A DNA stretch of 64,000 bases from Pristiophorus japonicus (taxonomy: Eukaryota). The stretch covers positions 14,136,001 to 14,200,000 of the forward strand of contig NC_091995.1 of the NCBI RefSeq assembly GCF_044704955.1, written 5' to 3'. The notes beneath the pieces were generated by a model. The model was not told the DNA's origin. It worked only from the letters and a program-made list of their open reading frames with translations, and searched no databases. Positions 23,355 through 34,502 of the stretch are shown in pieces (within the stretch, counting starts at the first letter, position 1; each line of letters starts with the position of its first letter). The position numbers were made by a program, and so were the translations under genes.

Positions 23355-23790
23355 GGTGGTTTTGGAAAAAAGCCTTTGAATTTGGGTTTAGAAGTTGCGT
23401 TTTTCGCCCCTCTCCTCCTGGGGGATTTCCTCTTGGCTTTGGCGGGACTCCTGACGCCCTTTCACTTCAGTTTCACGGGATTTTTTTCTCGCGGGTTTTC
23501 TTGCTGAGTCGTCTGGCCTTCGCCCTCCACGGGCTGCGGATGGAAACGGTCAGCTCACCGCCTGCTGCATCTCGCTGCGGCTATTTGGGGGGGGGGGGTG
23601 AGGGAGACGGGGTGGTGTCTGCCTCACCCTGCCCGCCCGCTTGGCCGTAAAGGCCTGCCGGAACCTGGGGCGCTGTTGCTGTCCAGGTCATAGCTGAGCC
23701 AGCCGAGCGCGCCTTGCAGACGGGAGCGGGGCAATGCCTGCTTGGCGTGAGCGGCCCAGGGCTGCTCCGACCCAGCCACCTTTCCTATGG
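23355..23790 (-). pseudogene. Histone H1-like pseudogene D
   Basis: RLQGALGWLSYDLDSNSA (cf. LKKALAAGGYDVEKNNSR), tail KGVRSPAKAKRKSPRRRGAK with an upstream in-frame stop and frameshifts, decayed stem-loop GGCTTTTTTCCAAAACC at 23358-23374. 5' end cut by an RTE. Confidence 0.75.
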
Positions 23791-23792
23791 GT

Positions 23793-24253
23793 AGCATTGA
23801 AGCACTGACCACACTCGATCAGCTTCGCTGGGCAGGCCACATAGTTCGCATGCCAGACACGAGACTCCCTAAGCAAGTGCTCTACGCGGAGCTCCTTCAC
23901 AGCAAACGAGCCAAAGGTGGGCAGCGGAAACATTACAAGGACACCCTCAAAGCCTCCCTGGTAAAGTGCGACATCGCCACTAACACCTGGGAGTCCCTGG
24001 CCGAAGACCGCCCTGGGTGGAGAAAGTGCATCTGGGAGGCTGTTGAGGTCTTCGAATCTCAATGCCGCGAGCGTGAAGAGGTCAGGCGCAGGCGGTGGAA
24101 GGAGCATGCGGCAAATCAGTACCACCTCCCCACCCCCCTTCCTCCGACGAATGCCTGTCCCACCTGTGACAGGGTCTGCAGCTCTCGCATTGGACTGTTC
24201 AGCCACCAAAGAACTCACTTTCGGAGTGGAAGCAAGTCTTCCTCGATTCCGAG
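23793..24253 (+). mobile_element. RTE LINE 3' fragment, tail resumes at 28774-28797
   Basis: QLRWAGHIVRMPDTRLPKQVLY...CPTCDRVCSSRIGLFSHQRTH, split by the Gypsy insertion. Confidence 0.9.
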
Positions 24254-27200
24254 TGTTGTGTATGGAGAAAGAGTCAGACTGAACACTGTGAGCTCAAAGT
24301 AAAATGTGACCTTAGTCTTTTATTGCAGGTCTCCAGAGTGTCTCTCCAGCCTGTGAAGCCTTCTTAAATACCTGTGCTCCCAAGCGATTAGGAGATCCCT
24401 TGGGACTCCGGGGAATTATGAGATCCCTTGGGACTCCGGGGAATGAGCCCTCTGGTGGCTATACAGAGTAAATACATGTCCACATATATAACAACATCCC
24501 CCCCTCCCCAATGTCAATAGTGTAACTATTTACAATGTGAGTCGATCTGGGGCCCTTCTTGCCCTGGTTGATCATCACGGTGTGAAAGCTGGTGTTGTTG
24601 AATCATTTGTTAGGCCCTTGCTGGGCTGCTGTACAGCTGGCCTTGCTGGATTGCCTGGTGTGTTGGGTCCTACGGGGCTGCTGTGGATGATGGGTTCTGC
24701 TTCGTGGTCAACCGTGGTGCCGGTTGCCACTGGTGTGTGTGTTGGGGGATCAAAAAAGGTAGGGTCCAGGGTGGGTTGCTCAGGATAGTCCATGAATCTG
24801 AGTTTGATTTGGTCCAAGTGTTTCCGGTGAATGAGTCCATTTGAAAGTTTGACCCGAAACACCCTGCTCCCCTCTTTGGCCACGACAGTGCCAGGAAGCC
24901 ACTTGGGACTTTGTCCATAATTTAATACAAATACAGGATCATTGACTTCAATCTCGCGTGACACATTTGTGCTATCGTGGTATGCACTTTGTTGAAGCCG
25001 CCTGCTCTCTACCTGTTCATGTAGATCAGGGTGAATTAATGAGAGACTTGTCTTAAGTGCTCTTTTCATGAGCAGTTCAGGAGGTGGGATCCCAGTGAGT
25101 GAGTGGGGTCTTGTGCGGCAGCTAAGCAGGACTCGGGATAGGCGAGTCTGCAGTGAGCCTTCAGTTACCCTCTTCAAGCCTTGCTTGATGGTTTGCACTG
25201 CTCTCTCTGCCTGACCATTGGACGCTGGTTTAAACGGGGCAGATGTGACTTGTTTGATCCCGTTACTGGTCATGAATTCTTTGAACTCAGCATTGGTAAA
25301 ACATGGCCCATTGTCGCTCACCAGGACATCGGGTAAGCCGTGTGTGGCAAACATGCCCCGCAGGCTTTCAGTGGTGGCAGCGGACGTGCTAGCCGACATT
25401 ATCTCACATTCAATCCACTTGGAGTACGCATCTACAACCACAAGGAACATTTTATCCAAGAACGGGTCTGTATAGTCGACGTGTACCCTAGACCACAGTT
25501 TGGAGGGCCAAGACCATAAACTTAGCGGCCTCTCCCTGGGCACATTGCTTAACTGCGAGCATGGATTACATCTATGAACGCAGGACTCTATGTCCGCATC
25601 GATACCGGGCCACCGCACATGGGATCTGGCTATCGCTTTCATCATTACGATGCCTGGGTGGGTACTTTGAAGGTCTCTGCCCTTCTTGGGGATCACTACT
25701 CGATTGCCCCACAGAAGGCCGTCTGCCTGTATAGGCATTTCATCTTTGTGCCGCTGGAACGGCTTTATCCTTTCTTGCATTTCCACTGGGACACTGGACC
25801 AGCTCCCGTGAAGCACACAGCTTTTGTCTAGAGATAATAAGGGGTCTTGGCTTGTCCAGGCTTTGATCTGCCAGGCAGTGACGGGTGATTGCTCACTCTC
25901 AAATGCTTCCATAACATGGCTAGATCTGCGGGCTGCGCCATTTCCACCCCCGTGGTGAGCAATGGCAGCCTACTGAGAGCATCGGTGCAGTTTTCTGTGC
26001 CTGGTCTGTGGCGAATGGCGTAGTTGTATGCGGACAACGTGAGCGCCCATCTCTGGATGCGGGCCTGTACTCTCGGAAAACAGGGATATAAGTGGCTTAT
26101 GGTCAGTTTCCAATTCGATTTTTAGCCCAAACAGGTATTGATGAATTTTGTTTACCCCCTAAAAACCCGCTAACACTTCTTTTTCAATCATGCTGTCAGC
26201 TCTCTTGGCCTTAGACAGACTTCTGGATGCATAAGTTACAGTTTCCCAAAATCATTAGCTTATTGCAATACACACCCAATGCCATATGATGATACATCAC
26301 ATGCTAGTACCAAACACTTACATGGATCATACGACACAAGCAATTTGTTTGAGCAAATTTTCTCGCTTTTGCAAAGGCATTTTCTTGGTTTTTGCCCCAA
26401 ACCCATTCGTCCCCTTTTCATAGTAAGACATGTAATGGTTCTAGCAGTGTGCTGAGACCCGTTAAGAAGTTACCAAAGTAGTTCAGGAGTCCCAGAAACG
26501 ACCACAGCTCCGTCACATTCTGTGTCCTCGGTGCGTTCTCAACTGCCTCCGTCTTCGCGTTGGTGGGCCTGATGCCGCCTGCCGCAATCCTCCTTCCCAG
26601 GAACTCCACTTCAGGTGCCAGGAAAATGCACTTAGAGTGTTTTAACCTGAGCCCCACGTGGTTGAGTTGACTAAGAACCTCCTCCAGGTTCTGCAGATGC
26701 TCGACTGTGTTCCGACCTGTGACCAAGATGTCGTCCTGGAGGACCACGGTGTGCGGGACCGACTTCAGTAAGCTTTCCATGTTTCTCTGGAATATCGCCG
26801 CCGCTGATTGGATTCCAAATGGGCATCTGTTATAAACAAAAAGACCTTTGTGTGTGTTGATGCAGGTGAGGGCCTTCGATGATTCCTCCAGTTCCTGCGT
26901 CATGTAGGCTGACGTCAGATCCAGCTTTCCTCCCGCCAGCGTTGCAAAGAGGTCATCGGCTTTTGGTAGTGGGTATTGGTCCTGCAGGGAGAAACGATTG
27001 ATAGTTACTTTGTAATCGCCACAGATTCTGACGGTGCCGTCTCCCTTGAGGACTGGGACAGTAGGACTGGCCCACTTGCTGAACTCAGTTGGTGAAATGC
27101 TGCCCTCTCATTGCAGCCAGTCTAGCTCGATCTCTACCCTTTCTCTCATCATATACGGTACTGCTCTCGCCTTGTGATGGATGGGTCGCGCCCCCGGAAT

Positions 27201-28773
27201 TAGGTGGATCTGCACTTTTGCTCCTTGGAAGTTCCCGATGCCTGGTTCGAACAGCGAAGGAAATTTGTTTAAGACCTGGGCACACGAAGTGTCGTCAGTG
27301 GACGATAGCGCTCAGACGTCATCACAGTTCCTGCGTATCTTTCCCAGCCAGCTCCTGCCAAGCAGTGTGGGACCATTGCCTGGTACCATCCAGAATAGTA
27401 GCTTGTGCACCGCTCCATCATAGGAGATCTTTACGGTAGCACTGCCAATTACAGGAATCAGTTCTTTAGTGTAAGTTCTTAGTCTCGTGTGAACTGGAGT
27501 TAAGACTGGCCTTGAGGCCTTGTTGCACCACAATCTTTCTAAAGTCGTTTTGCCCATGATGGACTGGCTCGTGCCCGTGTCCAGCTCCATTGACACTGGG
27601 AGTCCATTTCCTTTAACATTCAGCATTATCGGGGGACAATTCGTGGTGAATGTGTGCACCCAATGTATCTCTGCCTCCTCTATCTGAGGCTCTGGTTCGT
27701 AGTGATCCTCCGTGGATCTATCCTCCTCTGCAACGTGGTGGTTTGAAAGTTTAACAGGCTTAGCAGCACATTCGTTGGTGGTGTCCCATTGTTCCACAGC
27801 CCTTGCAAATGTATCCTTTGAATCAGCATGAATGGAAACGATGATCACCCCCGCAGCGCCAACAAGGTGTTAATGGCCTTGCATTCATCACCTTTGACGG
27901 TGGACTCTGAGACATCTGCGGACATGTAGCTGCAGGTATGTGTGACCTGCCCTGTACGTTATGGTTCGAACATCACTTTGTTCACAGTACTTGTAGCAGC
28001 ACTTGTGTGATGAGAGATTTGCTGGTGGCAATGACCAGCTGGGCTATCACTATGGCCTTACTCAAGGCTGGGGTCTCTACAGTCAAAAGCTTGCGAAGTA
28101 TGGTTTTGTGGCCAATGCCAAGTAGGAAAAAGTCTCTGAGCATGTGCTCCAAATGTCCTTCAAATTCGCAATGTCCTGTAAGGCATCTTAGCTCAGCGAC
28201 ATAACTCACCACTTCCTGGCCTTCAGAACTTTTGTAGGTGTAGAATCGGTACTTCGCCATCAGAACGCTTTCCTTCGGGTCCAAATGCTGTCGGACCAGT
28301 GTGCACAAATCGCCGTACGATTTCTCCGTTGGTTTCGCTGGAGTGAGCAGGTTCTTCCTGAGGCCATACGTTGGTGCCCCACAGACAGTGAGGAGGATCA
28401 CTCTACATTTGGCAGTGCTCTCTTCCCCATCTAGCTCGTTGGCCACGAAGTATTGGTCGAGTCGCTCCACAAAAGTTTCCCAATCATCTCCCTCCGAGAA
28501 TTTCTCCAGGATGCCCACTGTTCTCTGCATCTTTGGGTTCGCTATCTGTATCTCGTCGCCAGTTGTGTATGAAGAAAGAGTCTGACTGAACACTGTGAGC
28601 TCAAAGTAAAGTGTGACCTTAGTCTTTTATTGCAGGTCTCCAGGAGTGCCTCTCCAACCTGTGAAGCCTCCTTAAATACCTGTGCTCCCAAGGGATTATG
28701 GGATCCCTTGGGACTCCGGGGAATTAGCCCTCTGGTGGCTGTACAGAGTATATACAAGTCCACATATATAACA
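24254..28773 (-). mobile_element. Full-length degenerate Gypsy (Mag-like) LTR retrotransposon
   Basis: LTRs 24254-24493 and 28562-28773, 5-bp TSD CCGAG, PBS TGGCGACGAG at 28552-28561 (tRNA-Ser-like), PPT at ~24497-24510. Gag 27982-28530, protease LDTG, RT LQDD, RNase H, integrase 24575-25912. Confidence 0.95.
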
Positions 28774-29263
28774 CCGAGGGATTGCCTATGATGATGATTA
28801 TTAACCATGTAGACAATGTGTGTATTCCCCACCTCAAATCCCCCCCCCCGCCCCCGTTCCCCACCTGTAAGTCCTGGGGAAGTAGACGGCACAGCGTCCT
28901 TTACATTGGTTCCAACCAATGGGCTTTCTCGTTTGCATCTGCCACGCCTCTGTGACCATCAGTGTCAGCCCTGGCTCAGTACTGTGGGCAGCAATCTCCA
29001 GTCTATGAGTCAGAAGGTTGTGGGTTCAAATCCCCACTTGAGCACAAAAATCTAGGCTGACATTCCAGTGCAATGCTGAGGGAGGGCTGCATTGTCTGAG
29101 GCGCCATCTTTTGGATAAGACGTTAAACCGAGGCCCGTCTGCTCTCATGTAGATGTAAAATATGGACATGCTTATTTATACTGTGAAAATGGCCGTCCTG
29201 GTTCGCCCTTTATCTATGATTGGTCACCTTGGAGGATAAGCCACACCCTGAAGTTTCTCTGGA

Positions 29264-29830
29264 ATTGGAGTATTGTGTACAGTTTTGGTCTCCTAACTTG
29301 AGGAAGGACATTCTTGCTATTGAGGGAGTGCAGCGAAGGTTCACCAGACTGATTCCCGGGATGGCGGGACTGACCTATCAAGAAAGATTGGATCAATTGG
29401 GCTTGTATTCACTGGAGTTCAGAAGAATGAGAGGGGACCTCATAGAAACGTTTAAAATTCTGACGGGTTTAGACAGGTTAGATGCAGAAAGAATGTTCCC
29501 AATGTTGGGGAAGTCCAGAACCAGGGGTCACAGTCTGAGGATAAGGGGTAAGCCATTTAGGACCGAGATGAGGAGAAACTTCTTCACCCAGAGAGTGGTG
29601 AACCTGTGGAATTCTCTACCACAGAAAGTAGTTGAGGCCAATTCACTAAATATATTCAAAAGGGAGTTAGATGAAGTCCTTACTACTCGGGGGATCAAGG
29701 GTTATGGCGAGAAAGCAGGAAGGGGGTACTGAAGTTTCATGTTCAGCCATGAACTCATTGAATGGCGGTGCAGGCTAGAAGGGCTGAATGGCCTGCTCCT
29801 GCACCTATTTTCTATGTTTCTATGTTTCTA
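29264..29830 (+). mobile_element. CR1 3' fragment
   Basis: LEYCVQFWSP...NLWNSLP, (TTTCTATG)n tail. Confidence 0.9.
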
Positions 29831-30249
29831 TGTAACTGGAACCGCCCAGACCAAGGTCTCACTGATTCTGCAAATTGTAACTCGATCCACTTTGACTTCC
29901 AGAAGCCAAAGAGGATAGATCTCCCCAGAAGTCACCAAGGGCCAGCCAAAGCGCCTTACCCTAGCACAAGTGCATGATCTTATTCCCCCCACCCCACCAT
30001 AGATGGGGCATTGTGTACGGATTGTTTAGAGGTTTATTGGTATGAAGTGAATAGTGCCAGTGTCGTGACTTCTGGATTTCATCTACTTCAACTATGTCCC
30101 TTGTAGGGGGTCGAAAGAACGTGATCCGTGTAAACTGAATTCCCAGCCACCCGTGTCTCTCCCCCCATCACCCCCCCCCCCCACCAAGTCTCTCGCTCTC
30201 TCTCTCTTCCACCCCCCCTCTTGGCCCAACGCTGCTTCTCTGCCCGCCG

Positions 30250-31035
30250 CTGGCCACACTCTCTCAGCCCCCCCCACTGGCCACACTTTCTCAGCGCCCC
30301 CCCCCCCCCCCCCACTGGCCACACTCTCTCTCGGACCCCCCCCCACTGGCCACACTCTCTCAGCCTCCCCAACTGACCACACTCTCTCAGCCCCCCCCCC
30401 CCACTGGCCACACTCTCTCAGCCCCCCCCCCACTGGCCACACTCTCTCAGCCTCCCCAACTGACCACACTCTCTCAGCCCCCCCCCCCACTGGCCACACT
30501 TTCTCAGCGCCCCCCCCCCCACTGGCCACACTCTCTCTCGGACCCCCCCCACTGGCCACACTCTCTCAGCCTCCCCAACTGACCACACTCTCTCAGCCCC
30601 CCCCCCACTGGCCACACTCTCTCAGCCCCCTCCCCCCCCCCCCACTGGCCACATTCTCTCAGCCCCCCCCCCACTGGCCACACTCTCTCAACCCCCCCCC
30701 CCCCCCCACTGGCCACACTCTCTCAGCACCCCCCCCCCCCGCACTGGCCACACTCTCTCTCGCCCCCCCCCACTGGCCACACTCTCTCAGCCCCCCCAAC
30801 TGGCCACACTCACTCAGCCCCCCCCCCCCCCCCACTGGCCACATTCTCTCAGCCCCCCCCCCCTCCCTCTGGCCACACTCTCTCTCGGCCCCCCCCCCCC
30901 ACTGGCCACACACTCTCAGCCCCCCCCCACTGGCCACACTCTCTCAGCCCCCCCCCACTGACCACACTCTCTCTTGGCCACGCCCACTGGCCACACTCTC
31001 TCGGCCCCCCCCCCCACAGGCCACACTCTCTCGGC
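30250..31035. repeat. C-rich minisatellite (CnACTGGCCACACTCTCTCAG), more than 20 copies with variable poly-C
   Basis: Directly visible tandem repeat. Confidence 0.95.
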
Positions 31036-33402
31036 CGCATGGAATGATTCAGTCAGGGCTGCACTTCCAGTTCGGGCGGGAGGCATTACGGGGGGGGGGG
31101 GCGTAGCTTGACAGACGCATGTGCAGAAAAAACACAGTACAAATAGTTACTCCCATAAAATATCCCATGGGCGCTATTTCGAAGAGGAGCAGGAGCATTA
31201 TCGCCGGTGTCCTGGCCAATATCTATCCCTCAATCAACATAACACAAACAGATGATCTGGTCATTATCACATTGCTGTTTGTGGGAGCTTGCTGTGCGCT
31301 AACTGACTGCTGCATTTCCTACATTACCACAGCAACAACTCTCCAAAAAGTACCTCATTGGCTGTAAAGCACTTTTGACACCTCCGGTGGTCGTGAAAGG
31401 CACTATATAAATGCAAGCTTTTCATTCTTCTTTCTTTCACACCAGCCCTGAATCTAGCGAGATCTTCCTTTCCAAAAAGCACATAATTTGAGTATTTCTT
31501 GTGGGGATTGCGGTTTACTCAAATCAGCTCCAGTGTGGTTCCCAGTGGCCGTGCCTTCTGCTGTCTAGGCTCAAAACTCTGGAACACCCTCCCTCAACCT
31601 CTCTAACTCCCTTTTCTCCTTTAAGACTTTACTTAAATTCTTTGACCAAGCTTTTGGTCACCTGTCCTAATTTCTCCTCATGTGGCTCGATTTGGTTTGA
31701 TAATCGTTCCTGTGAAGCGCCTTGAGATGTTACACTATGTCGAAGGTGCTATCTAAATGCAAGTTGTTGTTGTCATTGTGAGTGCGTGGTGAGTAGCAAA
31801 TACATTCCACCAGACTGACAGATGTACATGTAAGTCACTCTCACCCGGAGTCTCCCAGAACTGGATTCCGCTGCTCATAATTCGGGAGATCTCTGTGCTT
31901 CACATTTCCTCTTTGACCAAGCTTTTGGTCAGCTCTCCTAATATCTCCGATGTGGCTCGGAGTTAAATGTTGTCTTGTAACGCTCCCGTGAAGCGCCTTG
32001 GGACATTTAACTACGTTAAAGGCGCTGTATAAATACAAGTTGTTGTTGTTCTCGACTTGACAACTGGACACTTCGCAACCTACAAGCAACAGTGGGGTTG
32101 TTTATTCCCCGACTAACATTCACTTTCTTCTCAGGAACATGCGGAACAGGGGGAGGCCATTCAGCCCCTCGAACCTGTTCCATCATTCAATTAGATCATG
32201 GCTGGATTGGAGCTCTACTCACTTTACCTGCCTTGCTTCCTTAATACCCTTACCTCGCGAAAATCAATCTCTCTCAGTATTAACATCTTCAAACAACACC
32301 CAGCCACAACAGATTTGGTGGGGAGGGGGGATGGGGGGGGGGAGAAATCTATAAATTCCACTTCCCTTTGTGTGCAGAAGTGCTTCCTGTCATCACCCCT
32401 GAACAGCCAAGGAAATAGTTTCTCTCTATCTGCTCTATCAAATCCTTTAATCATCTTAAACATCTCATTTAGATCACCCCTTATGCTATCCTCTTGCTAC
32501 CAGTCTCTGCCTCAAACTAACGCTTTTGTCTGCAGCAGATGAAAAACAGCAACTGTCTGGTCAGAGTAAGACAGTTAAAACCCAAACCTTCCTCGGACTG
32601 CACTGACAACACCTTCGCTGCTGAAATGGTGACATATCGAAGAGCAGGGGCGTTCTCCCCGGTGACCCGGGCCAACACTTAGCCCTCAATCAACACTAAA
32701 AAACAGATTATCTGCTCATTATCACATTGCTGTTTGCTGTGTGCAAATTGGCTGCCGTTTTTCCCACATTACAATAGTGACTACACGCCAAAGGTACTTC
32801 ATTGGCTGTAAAGTTATTCTGAGGTCATGAAAAGCACCCTATAAATGCAAGTCTTTCTTTTAACTCAAGTCCAACAGGGACATTCACATTTTCCTAGTGT
32901 CTCGAAACCAACCAGGGTTTTGTTCCCTAATTGCCTCTCTTAATGTGCCAACTCCATCCATAGTGGTATAAATCCAGTACTGTGTTTGTGTGTGTGGGAA
33001 AGTAACAAGGAGCACAGTTATAACCAGGGATTTTTTAACTAGACCATTGCAGAATACAACGACATGTGATATGCGAGGATTGCACGAAGGGAAGGTATTT
33101 CTTACATTGCAAAATACCCGGGCGTGTAAGCCTAATACATCTCAGGGCCACATCTTCCAGGGGTATTGGAAATGTTGTAGGTGTCGGGAGCGGGGACCGG
33201 TGGGACCTTTCTTGAAATCTAAATTTCCATCAAAGTAAACAAATCAGTTTTGCATCAGCAAATGCCCTGTGCAATTATTTTGCCTTTACCTGTTAACCAA
33301 CAGTTTAGATCACAATGACAAGGTTGGCAGAATATGCAATTTCTTCCCAAGCACGAATCTGGCACAGACTCGATGTGCTGAATGGCCTCCTTCTGTCTCT
33401 CT

Positions 33403-33935
33403 TAGGCAGTCCCTCGGAGTCGAGGATGACTTGCTTCCACATTAATACGAGGTCTCAGGTGACTGATGAGCCCAATGCGGGACCTGCAGTTTCTGTCACA
33501 GATGAGACAGGTGGTGGTTGAAGGGATGGGTGGGTGGGGTGTTTGCGATGTTGTGCGCTCCTTCTGCTGTTTGTGCTTGGCTTCTGCGTGCTCCCAACGA
33601 AGAGACTCAATGTGTTCGGCGCCTTCCCAGATGCTTCTTCTCCAGTTTGAGCGGTCTTGGGCCAAGGATTCCCAGGTGTCGGTGGGGATGTTGCACTTTT
33701 TGAAGGCGGCTTCGAGCGAGTCCTTGAAGCGTTTCCTCTGGCCACCTGGGGCACACTTGCCGTGTCGGAGCTCTGAGTAGAGCGCTTGTTTTGGGAGTCC
33801 AGTATCGGGCACGCAGACGATGTGGCCCGTCCATGGGAGCTGGTCAAGCGTGGTCAGTGCTTCGATGCTGGGGATGTTGGCCTGAGCGAGAACACTGGTG
33901 GTACTTCTCAGGTGCTTTGATGTGCCTGCTGAACA
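33403..33935 (-). mobile_element. RTE LINE 3' fragment
   Basis: ORF 33402-33953 encodes the RTE C-terminus with a CCHH-like motif. Confidence 0.85.
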
Positions 33936-34502
33936 TAGTCCATCTATAGACAAGTGTTAGATAGTGAGGAGCTTTGTGCACAGTATAATTACGTGCATAC
34001 CACAATTGTGCCCGAGTTCCCTTGATCTGTTTTGCAGGATATTTGCTTGACTCCCTTTGCATTACACATTTCCATGGCACAATCTTGAAGAGACACCTGA
34101 CAGTGTGCCCATGCATGCGCCCATTTAGCCCCTGTACATAATCTCAAGATAATGGCAAGATATATAACTTTGGTAAACAGAGGAGACCGATTTAAGATAA
34201 TGGCCAAAAAAGACAGAAGTGGAGATGAGATGATGTTTTTTTTGTGCAGTGGGTTGTTACAGTCTGGAATGCACTGCCTGAAAGGTTGGTGGAAGCCAAT
34301 AATTACTTTCAAAAGGGAATTAGATATATATATATACTTTAAAAAAATTCCGGGCAAATGGAAAGAGCAAGGCAGTGGGACTAATTGGATAGCTCCTTCG
34401 GAGAGCCTCACAGGAAAGATGGACTGAATGGCCTCCTTTCGTGCTGTATGATTCAATGCCATGTCAGCTGTGGCTCAGGGGCTAGCTCTCTCGCCTCTGA
34501 GA

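Noticed and set aside
28965-29050. tRNA-like A/B boxes (also at ~34470, 45130 and 52100)
   Set aside because: These are heads of tRNA-derived SINEs followed by the SINE body, with no complete cloverleaf.
30088-31106. Repetitive ORFs (ECGQWGG, PPPLATLS)
   Set aside because: Translations of a minisatellite with variable poly-C that shifts frames.
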